From positions 25,114 through 89,113 of the forward strand of contig CAZKVT010000006.1 of assembly GCA_964556365.1 (NCBI GenBank): a DNA stretch of 64,000 nucleotides. Direction: 5' to 3'. Source of the stretch: an uncultured bacterium (lineage in GTDB: Bacteria; Hydrothermota; UBA3072). Positions within the stretch are counted from its first letter, which is position 1. Every line of letters begins with the position of its first letter. The notes beneath the pieces were generated by a model that saw only the letters and a program-made list of their open reading frames with translations, did no database searches and had not been told where the DNA came from. A program made the position numbers and the translations under genes. Shown one piece after another: positions 54,989 to 64,000 of the stretch.

Positions 54989-56527
54989 TTGAAATTCATA
55001 TTAAAGAGCTTTTTTATATTCTTTGTAATATTGCTATGTATGTGTTCTTCACCGTCTTTAGAAACCAATGAAAGTTATGAACCGGTAACGCCAAACGCGT
55101 CGAGGGAAGCTAAAGCTCTTCTGGAATTTTTATACAGCATTTCAGGAAAGTACACTCTAACAGGACAACATAACTATCCAAACATAAAAGACAGGAATAC
55201 GCGTTTCGCAGCAAAATATATAGGTAAAACACCAGCAGTTTTTAGTACGGACATGGGCTTTGCAAAGGCTGGAGATACGGATTCTTACCTGGCAAGACCG
55301 GACATTGTCGAAGAATGTATAAGACAGCATAAACTTGGGTCTATCATCACTATATGCTGGCACGCGGTACCGCCTACCACCGATGAACCGGTTACTTTCA
55401 GAGGTCTGCCTGGAGCAAAACCGGACTCTCTGGCAAGTGTTCAGGGTCAATTGACAGACCAACAATTCAAAGATATCCTAACACCGGAAACAAAACTTTA
55501 TAAACACTGGTGCAAACAGGTCGATAATATCGCGTTTTACCTCAAAAAACTCCAAAAAGCCGGAGTACCGATACTATGGAGACCATATCATGAAATGAAT
55601 GGTGACTGGTTCTGGTGGGGAGGTCGTCATGGAGAATACAGCACAAAAGAACTTTATATCCAATTATTCGATAGGCTTGTAAACCATCACAAACTAAATA
55701 ATCTAATCTGGGTCTGGAACGTCGATAGACCAAGTAGACCCGGAATGGAGTTCTCTAACTTCTATCCGGGAAACGAATACCTCGATGTTCTATCTCTGGA
55801 TGTTTATAGAAGTGATTTCAACCAGTCCTACTACGATGGTTTGTTAATTTTATCAAAAGGCAAACCACTTGTACTAGGAGAAGTCGGCAATCCTCCATCA
55901 CTTGAAATTCTAGAGCAACAACCAAAATGGTGTTTGTATGTCATCTGGGCGGGAATGGTCCGGAATACGTTAAAAAAACAACACAAAAAACTGGTAAATC
56001 ATCCGCGAATACTGAGTTTAGAAGATTCCGCCTATATAGAAGCCATCAATCCCTTCAGGAGTACATGCGGATTAGCTACATTAAACTTAAAAGAGAAACA
56101 ACCACATGATTTTTCGGGAAAATGGATTTTTAACGAAGAAAAAAGCATTCTGGATAATTACGGGGCAAGTCAGATACCCTATAAGTTGAATGTTATCCAA
56201 AAAGGAAATAACATTACTATAGAAAGAACTCGAATTTTAGAATATGCTGATGATGAAATTACGAAAGAGAAGATGACTCTCGATGGTAAAGAATATGAAT
56301 CGGAATTCTGGAATTCCTCCCGTATAACGACAGCAAACTGGTCGAAAAACGGCAAAACTTTAATATTTGAATCTAAAATCGAATTTAATATGGGCGGGAA
56401 GGCTACTGAAATGGTATCAAATGAAATCTGGAGTTTAATGGAATATGGAGAAATCCTATCGATTAAGCAGTCTTCCACTTCACCCTGGGGAAAAAGAAAA
56501 ATGACAATGATTTACGATAAACGGTAA
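54989..56527 (+). CDS. GH26 beta-mannanase-like lipoprotein with an extra C-terminal beta-rich domain
   Basis: Acid/base 'WRPYHEMNGDWFWWG', 'FYPG..Y.DV..LDVY', nucleophile 'LGEVG'; lipobox LLCMC. Confidence 0.85.
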   Translation: MKFILKSFFIFFVILLCMCSSPSLETNESYEPVTPNASREAKALLEFLYSISGKYTLTGQHNYPNIKDRNTRFAAKYIGKTPAVFSTDMGFAKAGDTDSYLARPDIVEECIRQHKLGSIITICWHAVPPTTDEPVTFRGLPGAKPDSLASVQGQLTDQQFKDILTPETKLYKHWCKQVDNIAFYLKKLQKAGVPILWRPYHEMNGDWFWWGGRHGEYSTKELYIQLFDRLVNHHKLNNLIWVWNVDRPSRPGMEFSNFYPGNEYLDVLSLDVYRSDFNQSYYDGLLILSKGKPLVLGEVGNPPSLEILEQQPKWCLYVIWAGMVRNTLKKQHKKLVNHPRILSLEDSAYIEAINPFRSTCGLATLNLKEKQPHDFSGKWIFNEEKSILDNYGASQIPYKLNVIQKGNNITIERTRILEYADDEITKEKMTLDGKEYESEFWNSSRITTANWSKNGKTLIFESKIEFNMGGKATEMVSNEIWSLMEYGEILSIKQSSTSPWGKRKMTMIYDKR

Positions 56528-56565
56528 TTATATACAAAAACAGTCTTTTTTATTAGCTTAATATT

Positions 56566-57114
56566 ATGAACAAAAAACCCCTCGTAGGAATAAGTACTTG
56601 TTTACTCGGAGAAAAGGTAAGGTATGATGGTGGGCATAAACTTAACCATTATCTTCGTGATACATTTGGAAAATACGTGGAATATCTACCAGTTTGTCCC
56701 GAAGTAGAATTCGGCATGAGTGTTCCCAGAGAAGCGATTAATCTTTTCGAAAACAAAAGAAAGATTCGACTTATTACAAAACAAACAAATATAGACATAA
56801 CTGACAAAATGAATTCATGGATAAAAAAACGTTTGAAAGATTTATCAAATAAAAAACTCTGCGGTTTTATTTTTAAATCAAAATCTCCAAGCTGTGGATT
56901 ATTTGACGCGGAAGTTCACAGAAAAAAGGTCATAGAAGATAACGGTACAGGATTATTTGCTAAAGCCTTCACAGAATCATTTCCCCTGATTCCTGTGGTT
57001 GATGAAAAGCGTCTAAATGATCCAAAACATAGAGAAAATTTTATAGAACAAATATTTCTTATATACAACAAACCAATAAGCCAAAAAATAAAATCTGAAA
57101 CTGAAAATCTATGA
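56566..57114 (+). CDS. DUF523 (TudS/2-thiouracil desulfidase-like) domain protein
   Basis: 'GISTCLLG..VRYDG', 'VCPEVE.G...PRE', 'KSKSPSCG'. Confidence 0.8.
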   Translation: MNKKPLVGISTCLLGEKVRYDGGHKLNHYLRDTFGKYVEYLPVCPEVEFGMSVPREAINLFENKRKIRLITKQTNIDITDKMNSWIKKRLKDLSNKKLCGFIFKSKSPSCGLFDAEVHRKKVIEDNGTGLFAKAFTESFPLIPVVDEKRLNDPKHRENFIEQIFLIYNKPISQKIKSETENL

Positions 57115-57160
57115 ACTAAAATCTATTGACATAAAAAAAAATTCTATTATTTTGAAAGAA

Positions 57161-58105
57161 ATGAATATTTTTTTAACCGGCGGAACAGGATTCATTGGAT
57201 CATACGTTACATTAGAATTGCTGAAACACAATCATAAAATAACTATATTAGCTCGAAATCCAAATAAAATCCCAAAATTCAAAGAAATAAAAGAGCTCGA
57301 AATCATAGAAGGAGACCTCTCCGATACCAAACTACTCGAAGAATTAATTAAGGGTAAAGACGCGTGTATTCATATCGCATTAAATTATTCCGAACAAAAA
57401 GAAGGGTGGGAAACCCTTCAGGACGACACTTTACCAACGGTATTTATGTCTAATATAGCCGCAAGGGAGAACGTAAAACATTTTATTTATACATCATCGA
57501 CTTCGGTCAATGATAGTCTCTATATGGGAGGCGCAGATCCGTTAGAAGAACAAATAAAAATTGCAACCGTAAAAACCAAACAGCATCCGGCTACTTTTTA
57601 CGGCGCAACCAAAGCGGCGAGTGAAAACTTTTTAATTGCACAATCGCATCTCTCACCAATTCGAATTATCATTATTCGTCCTGGTTACACTTTTGGAAAT
57701 CCAATAGCAGAAGGTGCCCATCCCCAGAGCGATGCCCGTTTTCTTAATATTGTGAAGAACGCCTTTAATAATAAACCTATACCCATCACTAAAAATGACG
57801 GCACGCAATTCATCTGGGCCGGAGATCTTGCTAAACTATATATCAAAATTCTACACAGTAATGTGAATAGAAAAACATATTATGGACTTTCTAAAAATTT
57901 TACATCATGGTATGAGATCGCGCAAGAAGCAGTAAAAAAATGTAATTCAGAAAGCCAAATATTATTGGAAGATAAAGGCTGGAGTGATGAACCATTAATG
58001 TGGGATGTTTCAGACATGAAAAAAGATTTTGGACTGGAGTTTGACCCCTGGCAAAAGATCAAGGAACATCTGGATTATTATATACACTTAGAAAAAAATG
58101 CCTAA
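57161..58105 (+). CDS. NAD-dependent epimerase/dehydratase (extended SDR)
   Basis: 'TGGTGFIGS', 'YTSS', YxxxK 'FYGATKAASE'; start moved to ATG 57161. Confidence 0.87.
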   Translation: MNIFLTGGTGFIGSYVTLELLKHNHKITILARNPNKIPKFKEIKELEIIEGDLSDTKLLEELIKGKDACIHIALNYSEQKEGWETLQDDTLPTVFMSNIAARENVKHFIYTSSTSVNDSLYMGGADPLEEQIKIATVKTKQHPATFYGATKAASENFLIAQSHLSPIRIIIIRPGYTFGNPIAEGAHPQSDARFLNIVKNAFNNKPIPITKNDGTQFIWAGDLAKLYIKILHSNVNRKTYYGLSKNFTSWYEIAQEAVKKCNSESQILLEDKGWSDEPLMWDVSDMKKDFGLEFDPWQKIKEHLDYYIHLEKNA

Positions 58106-58400
58106 AAAAAGAATAGGCTTTGATAAATTAGAATCAATTCCAAATGTCGGACCGGCTATAGCTGCAAAATTACGCCTTCTTGGATTTCAAGAACCTACTG
58201 AACTAGCCGGAGTAGATCCTTACATTATATATAGAAAGCTATGCCAATTAACCGGAAAACGTCACGACCCCTGTCTGCTCGATGTTTTTATCTCGGCTGT
58301 TTCATTCTGCAACGGAAATCCCCCGGAATATTGGTGGAAATTTACCGCTGATAGAAAAGCTAAATTTAAAAAAAATACTAATAATGATAAAAAAACATAG
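58098..58400 (+). CDS. Helix-hairpin-helix protein (Cdd1/mitomycin-resistance McrB-like)
   Basis: 'L..IPNVGPA.A..L', 'DP...Y..LC..TG.RHDPCLLDVF.SAV', 'WWKFT..RK'. Confidence 0.75.
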   Translation: MPKKRIGFDKLESIPNVGPAIAAKLRLLGFQEPTELAGVDPYIIYRKLCQLTGKRHDPCLLDVFISAVSFCNGNPPEYWWKFTADRKAKFKKNTNNDKKT

Positions 58401-59112
58401 TTTAATAATCTTATTCGTTTTTTTCGTTATCAGTCGTGTATCATTCGCCGAAAGCAAAATTCCTGCAAGCCCTAGATCCAGAAGGGCCATTCAACGAGTC
58501 AAACCGGAGCTCGAAAAAGTGTTTAAAGAAAAAAACTTAAACTATGGGTCCCCCATATTCATAAGGATTTTCAAAGAATCGATGGAACTTGAAATATGGG
58601 TCAAATCAGAAAATACATTTACTCTTTTTAAAACTTACGAAATCTGTACTTACGGTTCAGGTACACTGGGACCAAAAACAATACAAGGAGATGGTAAAGC
58701 TCCCGAGGGTTTTTATTTTGTTACCCCACAAAGACTAAATCCCGTAAGCAATTTTCATTTATCATTTAATCTCGGTTATCCAAACAAGTATGACAGAACA
58801 CATAAAAGAACCGGAGGCGCTTTAATGGTACACGGAAGTTGCGTTTCAATAGGTTGCTATGCGATGACCAACACAGGCATCGAAGAAATATACGCAATTG
58901 CCTATGCAGCATTCCGTAATGGACAAAGCTTTTTCAGAGTACATATTTTCCCTTTTAAAATGAATAAATCAAATATGGAAAAACACAAACAATCAAAATG
59001 GATAGAATTTTGGAACAATTTAAAAGAAGGTTATGACTTTTTCGAAAAAAATAAAATTCCTCCAAATGTAGAAGTAGTAAATAGAAAATACATATTTGAA
59101 ACTTCAGAATAA
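58384..59112 (+). CDS. YkuD-superfamily L,D-transpeptidase-like protein (YafK/DpaA-like)
   Basis: 'IFIRIFKES..LEIW', 'GD.KAPEGFY', 'NLGYPN.YD', catalytic 'HGSCVSIGC'. Confidence 0.85.
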   Translation: MIKKHSLIILFVFFVISRVSFAESKIPASPRSRRAIQRVKPELEKVFKEKNLNYGSPIFIRIFKESMELEIWVKSENTFTLFKTYEICTYGSGTLGPKTIQGDGKAPEGFYFVTPQRLNPVSNFHLSFNLGYPNKYDRTHKRTGGALMVHGSCVSIGCYAMTNTGIEEIYAIAYAAFRNGQSFFRVHIFPFKMNKSNMEKHKQSKWIEFWNNLKEGYDFFEKNKIPPNVEVVNRKYIFETSE

Positions 59113-59273
59113 TAAAAAACAATAAAAAATCTCTAGTTAAAACCAATTTTAAAACTCTTGACAGAATAATTGATTTCTGTTATTTTGTCATCGAAAAAAT
59201 GATACAAAACTATAAATAAGATTTTTATCAAAACAATTTAAGAGTTTTAATTCCTAATATTTAGGGAGGCTAA

Positions 59274-60728
59274 ATGGAAGAAAAAACTATTACTAATAAA
59301 GAGTATAAACCTATTCGTGACCGTGTCCCTATTCCAACTAAAATATCTTACGGCCTGGGAACCGGGCTCAACATGTGGGGACTCTGGCTGTACCCGGGTG
59401 TCGCTTTTGCAGTATTTAATATCTACCTGGGGGTTGATCCGCGCCTGGTTGGATTAGCATTAACACTAATTCGTGTATATGACGCGATTGTGGATCCTTT
59501 GGTTGGCTGGATATCGGATAACCTGCGTTCTAAACATGGCCGACGACGTCCTTTCATTTTAATCGCCGGCATTTTAAGCGGACTTGGTCTACCGTTGTTA
59601 TTTGCCGTATCACCCGAATGGGCGACGATAAAATTTCTGGGAGTCTCGGTTATTTTCTGGTATATGGCGGCATCATGCCTCATTTATATTCCGATTATAA
59701 GCGCTTTCGCCGTACCTTTTGACAGCCTGGGCGCGGAGATGACACCGGATTACGACGAACGTACTTCTATTATGACATATAAAAGTGTAATGCAGAAAAT
59801 TTTTGAGGTAGGTAACTTTTATGCTCTGCGTTTCACAAATTTAGCCTGGTTCCTTCTTCCCGGGGGAGGTAAAAACACATTAAAGGGCATCCAGGTTTAT
59901 ACAGGAATCCTTGGCACAATTATGGCAATATTTGCCATAGTTATGTTTTTCAGACTAAAAGAGCGATATTACGATAAAGTAGTTGTAAAAACTAAAGAAA
60001 GCATTTCAATTAAAAGCTCATTTTATGAAACACTAAAAGTACAACCATTCCGAATGATAATGGGTTTCGGTTTCGCTTTCAATTTTAGCACAAGTATGAT
60101 AGGCTCACTCGGTTATTACACGACAGTCTATTATGTATGTCGGGGTAGCACTATACTGGGAGATAACTGGAACTTCTGGATGGGAATCTCTTTTATGCTC
60201 GGAGGACTTCTGGGAGCTCCGATATTAAGCAGAATCGCGAACCAAATAGGTAAACGCAAAGCGGTTATTACCGCGGCATGTATCGGCATAGTGGGATACG
60301 GAGGTTCCTGGTACCTGTATACCCCCCTTATTCCCTGGCTCCAAACTGTCGCTTCCGGAATGATGGGATTTGCAGCATCCGCACTATGGATGTTACACGG
60401 CTCTATAGGAGCGGATATTATGGATTACGATGAACTTAACACGGGTAAAAGAAGAGAGGGTTCTTTTACCGCCTGTGGTTCATATATACTTAAGTTAGGC
60501 AATTCAGTAGGTTATATCATCTTTGGTTTTATTTTGTCCTTGATAGGCTTCGATTCTACTCTCAAAACGCAAACACCCGAAACAATTCTCTGGATACGCA
60601 AAACACTCGCGGGAATACCGATTTTGGGCTTTATATTGGTAATCCTGTTTATTCTACGTATGGGACTGACACGAGAAAAATGCGAAGAGATACGTAGAAA
60701 ACTCGAAGAACGCAGAGGAACTGTTTAG
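59274..60728 (+). CDS. MFS glycoside-pentoside-hexuronide (MelB-like) transporter
   Basis: 'D.IVDP.VG.ISD..RS.HGRRRPF', 'LGAEMT.DY.ERT', 'AD.MDYDE...G.RREG.F'. Confidence 0.88.
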   Translation: MEEKTITNKEYKPIRDRVPIPTKISYGLGTGLNMWGLWLYPGVAFAVFNIYLGVDPRLVGLALTLIRVYDAIVDPLVGWISDNLRSKHGRRRPFILIAGILSGLGLPLLFAVSPEWATIKFLGVSVIFWYMAASCLIYIPIISAFAVPFDSLGAEMTPDYDERTSIMTYKSVMQKIFEVGNFYALRFTNLAWFLLPGGGKNTLKGIQVYTGILGTIMAIFAIVMFFRLKERYYDKVVVKTKESISIKSSFYETLKVQPFRMIMGFGFAFNFSTSMIGSLGYYTTVYYVCRGSTILGDNWNFWMGISFMLGGLLGAPILSRIANQIGKRKAVITAACIGIVGYGGSWYLYTPLIPWLQTVASGMMGFAASALWMLHGSIGADIMDYDELNTGKRREGSFTACGSYILKLGNSVGYIIFGFILSLIGFDSTLKTQTPETILWIRKTLAGIPILGFILVILFILRMGLTREKCEEIRRKLEERRGTV

Positions 60729-60795
60729 AGTTCAAAAAACATCTAAAAGAACCCTCTTTAGATTACATTTTAATCCAGAAAATAAGGAGGAAATT

Positions 60796-61143
60796 ATGCT
60801 TAAAAGTAAATCTAAGTTAAGCAGTATATTAATACTTATAGTTATTATCGGCTGCTCCGCGAACGTTAATTACGTCGGAAAAGAATTTGAGCCAACGACT
60901 ACAGTCGATGTGTATTTCCAGGCAGCGGAAATAGAAAAAGAATATACGATTATAGGGCACGCGATCGGCAGCGGCTGCGATTTTGTTTCCAACGATAAAG
61001 TCCAAAAGAAATTGATTGAAGAGGCAAAAAGTAAAGGAGCAGACGCTATTTTGATAACAGGTATCGGAAAATCAAATATTCCGGCTGGTGTGGGCAGCGA
61101 AACAGAAAAACAAATAAACGCGTCATTTTTGAAATACAAATAG
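60796..61143 (+). CDS. Small lipoprotein, hypothetical (possible YbjQ-like fold)
   Basis: Lipobox IIGC; 'EY..IG', 'EAKSKGADAILI'; SD AAGGAGG. Confidence 0.6.
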   Translation: MLKSKSKLSSILILIVIIGCSANVNYVGKEFEPTTTVDVYFQAAEIEKEYTIIGHAIGSGCDFVSNDKVQKKLIEEAKSKGADAILITGIGKSNIPAGVGSETEKQINASFLKYK

Positions 61144-61296
61144 CGCAACTGACAACTCGCAATCAATCAACACGAATGCATTACAGTCTGATCAAGCAAA
61201 GGACACGCGCCCTTCATCGTTAAGCTGTATACTATCCTATAGTTAATTTATAGTAACATTTTATAAAAAGACTTAAAAAAAAATGACTTCACCCCC

Positions 61297-61379
61297 TTGA
61301 CTAATCACGATTTCTTATTAAGATTAGTTACAAGGTTTACAGTTGCCGGGGTTGACTTTAAAAATCGTTCTAATAAATT
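61297..61379 (+). promoter_or_regulatory. Tandem promoters for grpE-dnaK: TTGACT-16-TAAGAT and TTGACT-16-TAAATT
   Basis: Hexamers at 61297-61302/61319-61324 and 61352-61357/61374-61379. Confidence 0.5.
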
Positions 61380-61408
61380 ACTGCATATAAAATTTAGGAG
61401 GAAAAAAG

Positions 61409-62041
61409 ATGGCGGAAGCCGATCAATTTAACGAATTAGAAAAAACAGAAAATATAGAAGAAGAAGAAAAAGAAGAAAATAAAAAAAACAAAATACAGGG
61501 TGAATTTGAAGGTATGGAAGTAATAATCGACAACTTAGAAGAAGAAAAAGAAGAACTCAAGGATAAATATCTTCGAGCTTTAGCTAACTACGAAAACCTT
61601 AGAAAACGAGCTATTCAAGAAAAAGAAAAAATTTATAATTTTACCCTTGAAGAAGTATTTAGGAAAATTCTTCCTATTCTCGACGATTTCGAGAGGGCGT
61701 TTAAATCCCTCGAAGAAAGCAAAGAACACAAAGATGATTATAAATCTTTCAGCGATGGGATTCGTCTGGTTTACTCCAATCTAAACAACTTACTAAAAAG
61801 TTATAATATTGAATCGTTTGAATCCATAGGAGAGAAATTCGACCCCGCAAAACATGACGCAATCCACGTAATTGAAAAAGAGGATGAAGAAAATGATATT
61901 ATATTAAAAGAGACGGAAATTGGATATAAAATCAAAGATAAAATTCTTCGTCCCGCAAAAGTTATAGTAGTGAAAAATAGCGAAGAGAACCGTAATAAAA
62001 ATCAAAATAATAGTAACAATCAAGGAGGAGAAGCAGAATGA
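61409..62041 (+). CDS. grpE: Nucleotide exchange factor GrpE
   Basis: '[14 protein letters not shown]', '[10 protein letters not shown]', 'FDPAKHDAI', '[13 protein letters not shown]'. Confidence 0.95.
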   Translation: MAEADQFNELEKTENIEEEEKEENKKNKIQGEFEGMEVIIDNLEEEKEELKDKYLRALANYENLRKRAIQEKEKIYNFTLEEVFRKILPILDDFERAFKSLEESKEHKDDYKSFSDGIRLVYSNLNNLLKSYNIESFESIGEKFDPAKHDAIHVIEKEDEENDIILKETEIGYKIKDKILRPAKVIVVKNSEENRNKNQNNSNNQGGEAE

Positions 62042-63996
62042 AAGAACCAGTAATCGGTATCGATCTCGGAACAACTAACTCGGTTGTCGCGATTGTCGAA
62101 CAATCAGAACCGGAAGTAATTACAAATTCTGAAGGACAAAGAACCACTCCTTCGGTAGTAGGATTCAAAGAAGGAGAGGAGTTAGTTGGATTACAAGCAA
62201 AAAGGCAACAGCTTACCAATCCTCAGAATACAATCTTTTCAGTAAAAAGATTTATGGGCAGAAGGTACGAGGAAATAGAAAATGAAAAGAAAAAAGTTCC
62301 TTTTGACGTAATAAAAGGTCCTCATGACGACGCGAGAATAAAGGTGGAAGATAAAGTCTATTCTCCACCGGAAGTTTCCGCGAAAGTTCTTCAATACCTA
62401 AAGAAAGCTGCTGAAGAACACGTAGGTAGGGAAGTTAAAAGAGCCGTCATAACTGTCCCGGCGTATTTTAACGATGCCCAGAGGAAAGCCACAAAAGATG
62501 CGGGCGAAATAGCAGGGTTGGAAGTCTTAAGGATAATAAATGAACCCACGGCGGCTTCTCTTGCCTACGGTTTATCAGAGAAAAAAGAAGAAAAAATAGC
62601 CGTTTTTGACCTTGGCGGAGGAACTTTCGATGTATCCATTCTTGAAATAAGTGAAGGGGTATTCGAAGTTCTGTCAACAAACGGAGATACACACCTTGGC
62701 GGAGATGACTTTGACCATACAATAATGGAATGGTTAATAGAAGAATTCAAAAATGAAACGGGAATAGATATTTCTGACGACAGAAGCGCTGTCCAGAGAG
62801 TAAGAGACGCGGCGGAAAAAGCAAAAACCGAACTTTCCACAATGAAAGAAACTACAATAAATTTGCCTTATCTGGCGGGAGACAAAACAGGGGCAAAACA
62901 CCTTGAAAAGAAACTAACAAGGGCTAAACTTGAATCTTTATGCGAAGAACTCCTTAAGAGAATAGAAGGACCAGTTAAAAACGCTCTTAAAGACGCGAAT
63001 TTAACTACAGATGAAATCGATGAAGTTCTTCTCGTAGGTGGTATGACAAGAATGCCTTCTGTTCAAGAAAAAGTTAAAGAACTTTTCAATAAAGAACCCA
63101 ATAAAGGGATTAACCCCGACGAAGTTGTGGCTGTTGGCGCGGCTATCCAGGGAGGAGTACTGGCAGGAGATGTAAAAGATGTTCTACTTCTCGATGTAAC
63201 CCCTCTGTCCCTCGGAATAGAAACCCTCGGCGGAATGATGACAACAATAATACCCAGAAATACCACTATACCCGCCGAAAAAAGCAAGGTCTTTACAACC
63301 GCTGAAGATAACCAACCCGCGGTTTCAATTCATGTTCTTCAGGGAGAAAGACCTACGGCGGCTGATAACAGAACACTGGGAAGATTCGAGTTAACAGGTA
63401 TACCTACCGCACCAAGAGGTGTTCCGCAAATAGAAGTCAGTTTCGATATAGACGCAAATGGCATACTTAATGTTTCGGCAAAAGACCTTGGAACAAAGAA
63501 AGAACAATCAATCAAAATCGAATCTTCTTCCGGTCTAACCGAAGATGAAATCGAGAAAATGAGAACCGAGGCAGAAACATACGCGGAAGAAGATAAAAAG
63601 AAGCAGGAATTAATAAACGCAAGAAACTTTGCCGATACGCTTATCTATAATACAACAAAAACACTAAAAGAGCACGGCGATCTCGTTTCAAGTGAAGAAC
63701 GCGGCGCTATTGAAAACGCGATATCCGATCTTAAAGAAGCTCTCGAAACAGAAGATCCTGTTAATATAAGAAATAAATCGGAAAGTCTTCAGACAGCTTC
63801 TTATTCAATCTCAGAGAAATTATACGAACAGAAAAAGAAAGAAGAGGCTCAAAAGGAGGGCGCGACTGCTTCCGGAACCTCAGAGCAAAAACCGCAGGAA
63901 GAAAAGAAAGAAGAAGAAAAAGGAGCAGAAGAAGTCGAGGCAGATTTTGAGGTAATCGATGAGGAAGAGGATAAAAATGAAGAGGAGAAAGAATAA
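62038..63996 (+). CDS. dnaK: Molecular chaperone DnaK
   Basis: 'GIDLGTTNS', '[10 protein letters not shown]', 'DLGGGTFD', 'GDTHLGG', 'GINPDE', '[10 protein letters not shown]'. Confidence 0.98.
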   Translation: MKEPVIGIDLGTTNSVVAIVEQSEPEVITNSEGQRTTPSVVGFKEGEELVGLQAKRQQLTNPQNTIFSVKRFMGRRYEEIENEKKKVPFDVIKGPHDDARIKVEDKVYSPPEVSAKVLQYLKKAAEEHVGREVKRAVITVPAYFNDAQRKATKDAGEIAGLEVLRIINEPTAASLAYGLSEKKEEKIAVFDLGGGTFDVSILEISEGVFEVLSTNGDTHLGGDDFDHTIMEWLIEEFKNETGIDISDDRSAVQRVRDAAEKAKTELSTMKETTINLPYLAGDKTGAKHLEKKLTRAKLESLCEELLKRIEGPVKNALKDANLTTDEIDEVLLVGGMTRMPSVQEKVKELFNKEPNKGINPDEVVAVGAAIQGGVLAGDVKDVLLLDVTPLSLGIETLGGMMTTIIPRNTTIPAEKSKVFTTAEDNQPAVSIHVLQGERPTAADNRTLGRFELTGIPTAPRGVPQIEVSFDIDANGILNVSAKDLGTKKEQSIKIESSSGLTEDEIEKMRTEAETYAEEDKKKQELINARNFADTLIYNTTKTLKEHGDLVSSEERGAIENAISDLKEALETEDPVNIRNKSESLQTASYSISEKLYEQKKKEEAQKEGATASGTSEQKPQEEKKEEEKGAEEVEADFEVIDEEEDKNEEEKE

Positions 63997-64000
63997 CCGG

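Noticed and set aside
61144-61225. attC site after the small lipoprotein (GTTAAGC at 61219-61225)
   Set aside because: No RYYYAAC inverse core and the interval does not fold into the attC hairpin.
61144-61408. CIRCE element upstream of grpE-dnaK
   Set aside because: No TTAGCACTC-N9-GAGTGCTAA or a recognisable variant.

Overview
Low-GC (about one third G+C by eye) bacterial chromosome segment, densely coding. No rRNA, tRNA, CRISPR array, transposase or integrase was visible. The cell is diderm (TolC, Lol ABC system, a T9SS-type C-terminal sorting domain), which fits an FCB-group lineage such as WOR-3; that placement is inference only. Contents in order: TetR-TolC-MFP-RND efflux operon; fur with its own Fur box; secreted beta-propeller proteins; queDEC; nadE; an envelope glycan/glycolipid region (PatA/PimA-like pair, GT-C, flippase, GT4, wecB, csaB) with a cysD-cysN-TSUP-AlkP-ArnD-like-sulfatase-like operon; topA, rluD; a long lolE-lolD-mcsA-mcsB-clpC-parA-parB-M23-bactofilin-rph operon; an accessory block; grpE-dnaK. 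Best leads: (1) a McsB that has lost its arginine-kinase catalytic motifs, next to a ClpC with degraded phosphoarginine pockets; (2) a sulfate-activation operon with no APS kinase/reductase or classical sulfotransferase in view, coupled to AlkP-fold enzymes, a possible non-canonical glycan sulfation system; (3) a close homolog of the cyanobacterial photoprotection protein FRP in a window with no photosynthesis genes; (4) a PIM-like glycolipid gene pair; (5) a PLP-fold pseudoenzyme; (6) mosaic short-period inverted repeats in intergenic regions; (7) promoters with a mostly 16-nt spacer. Family assignments come from recognising motifs by eye; no searches were run.
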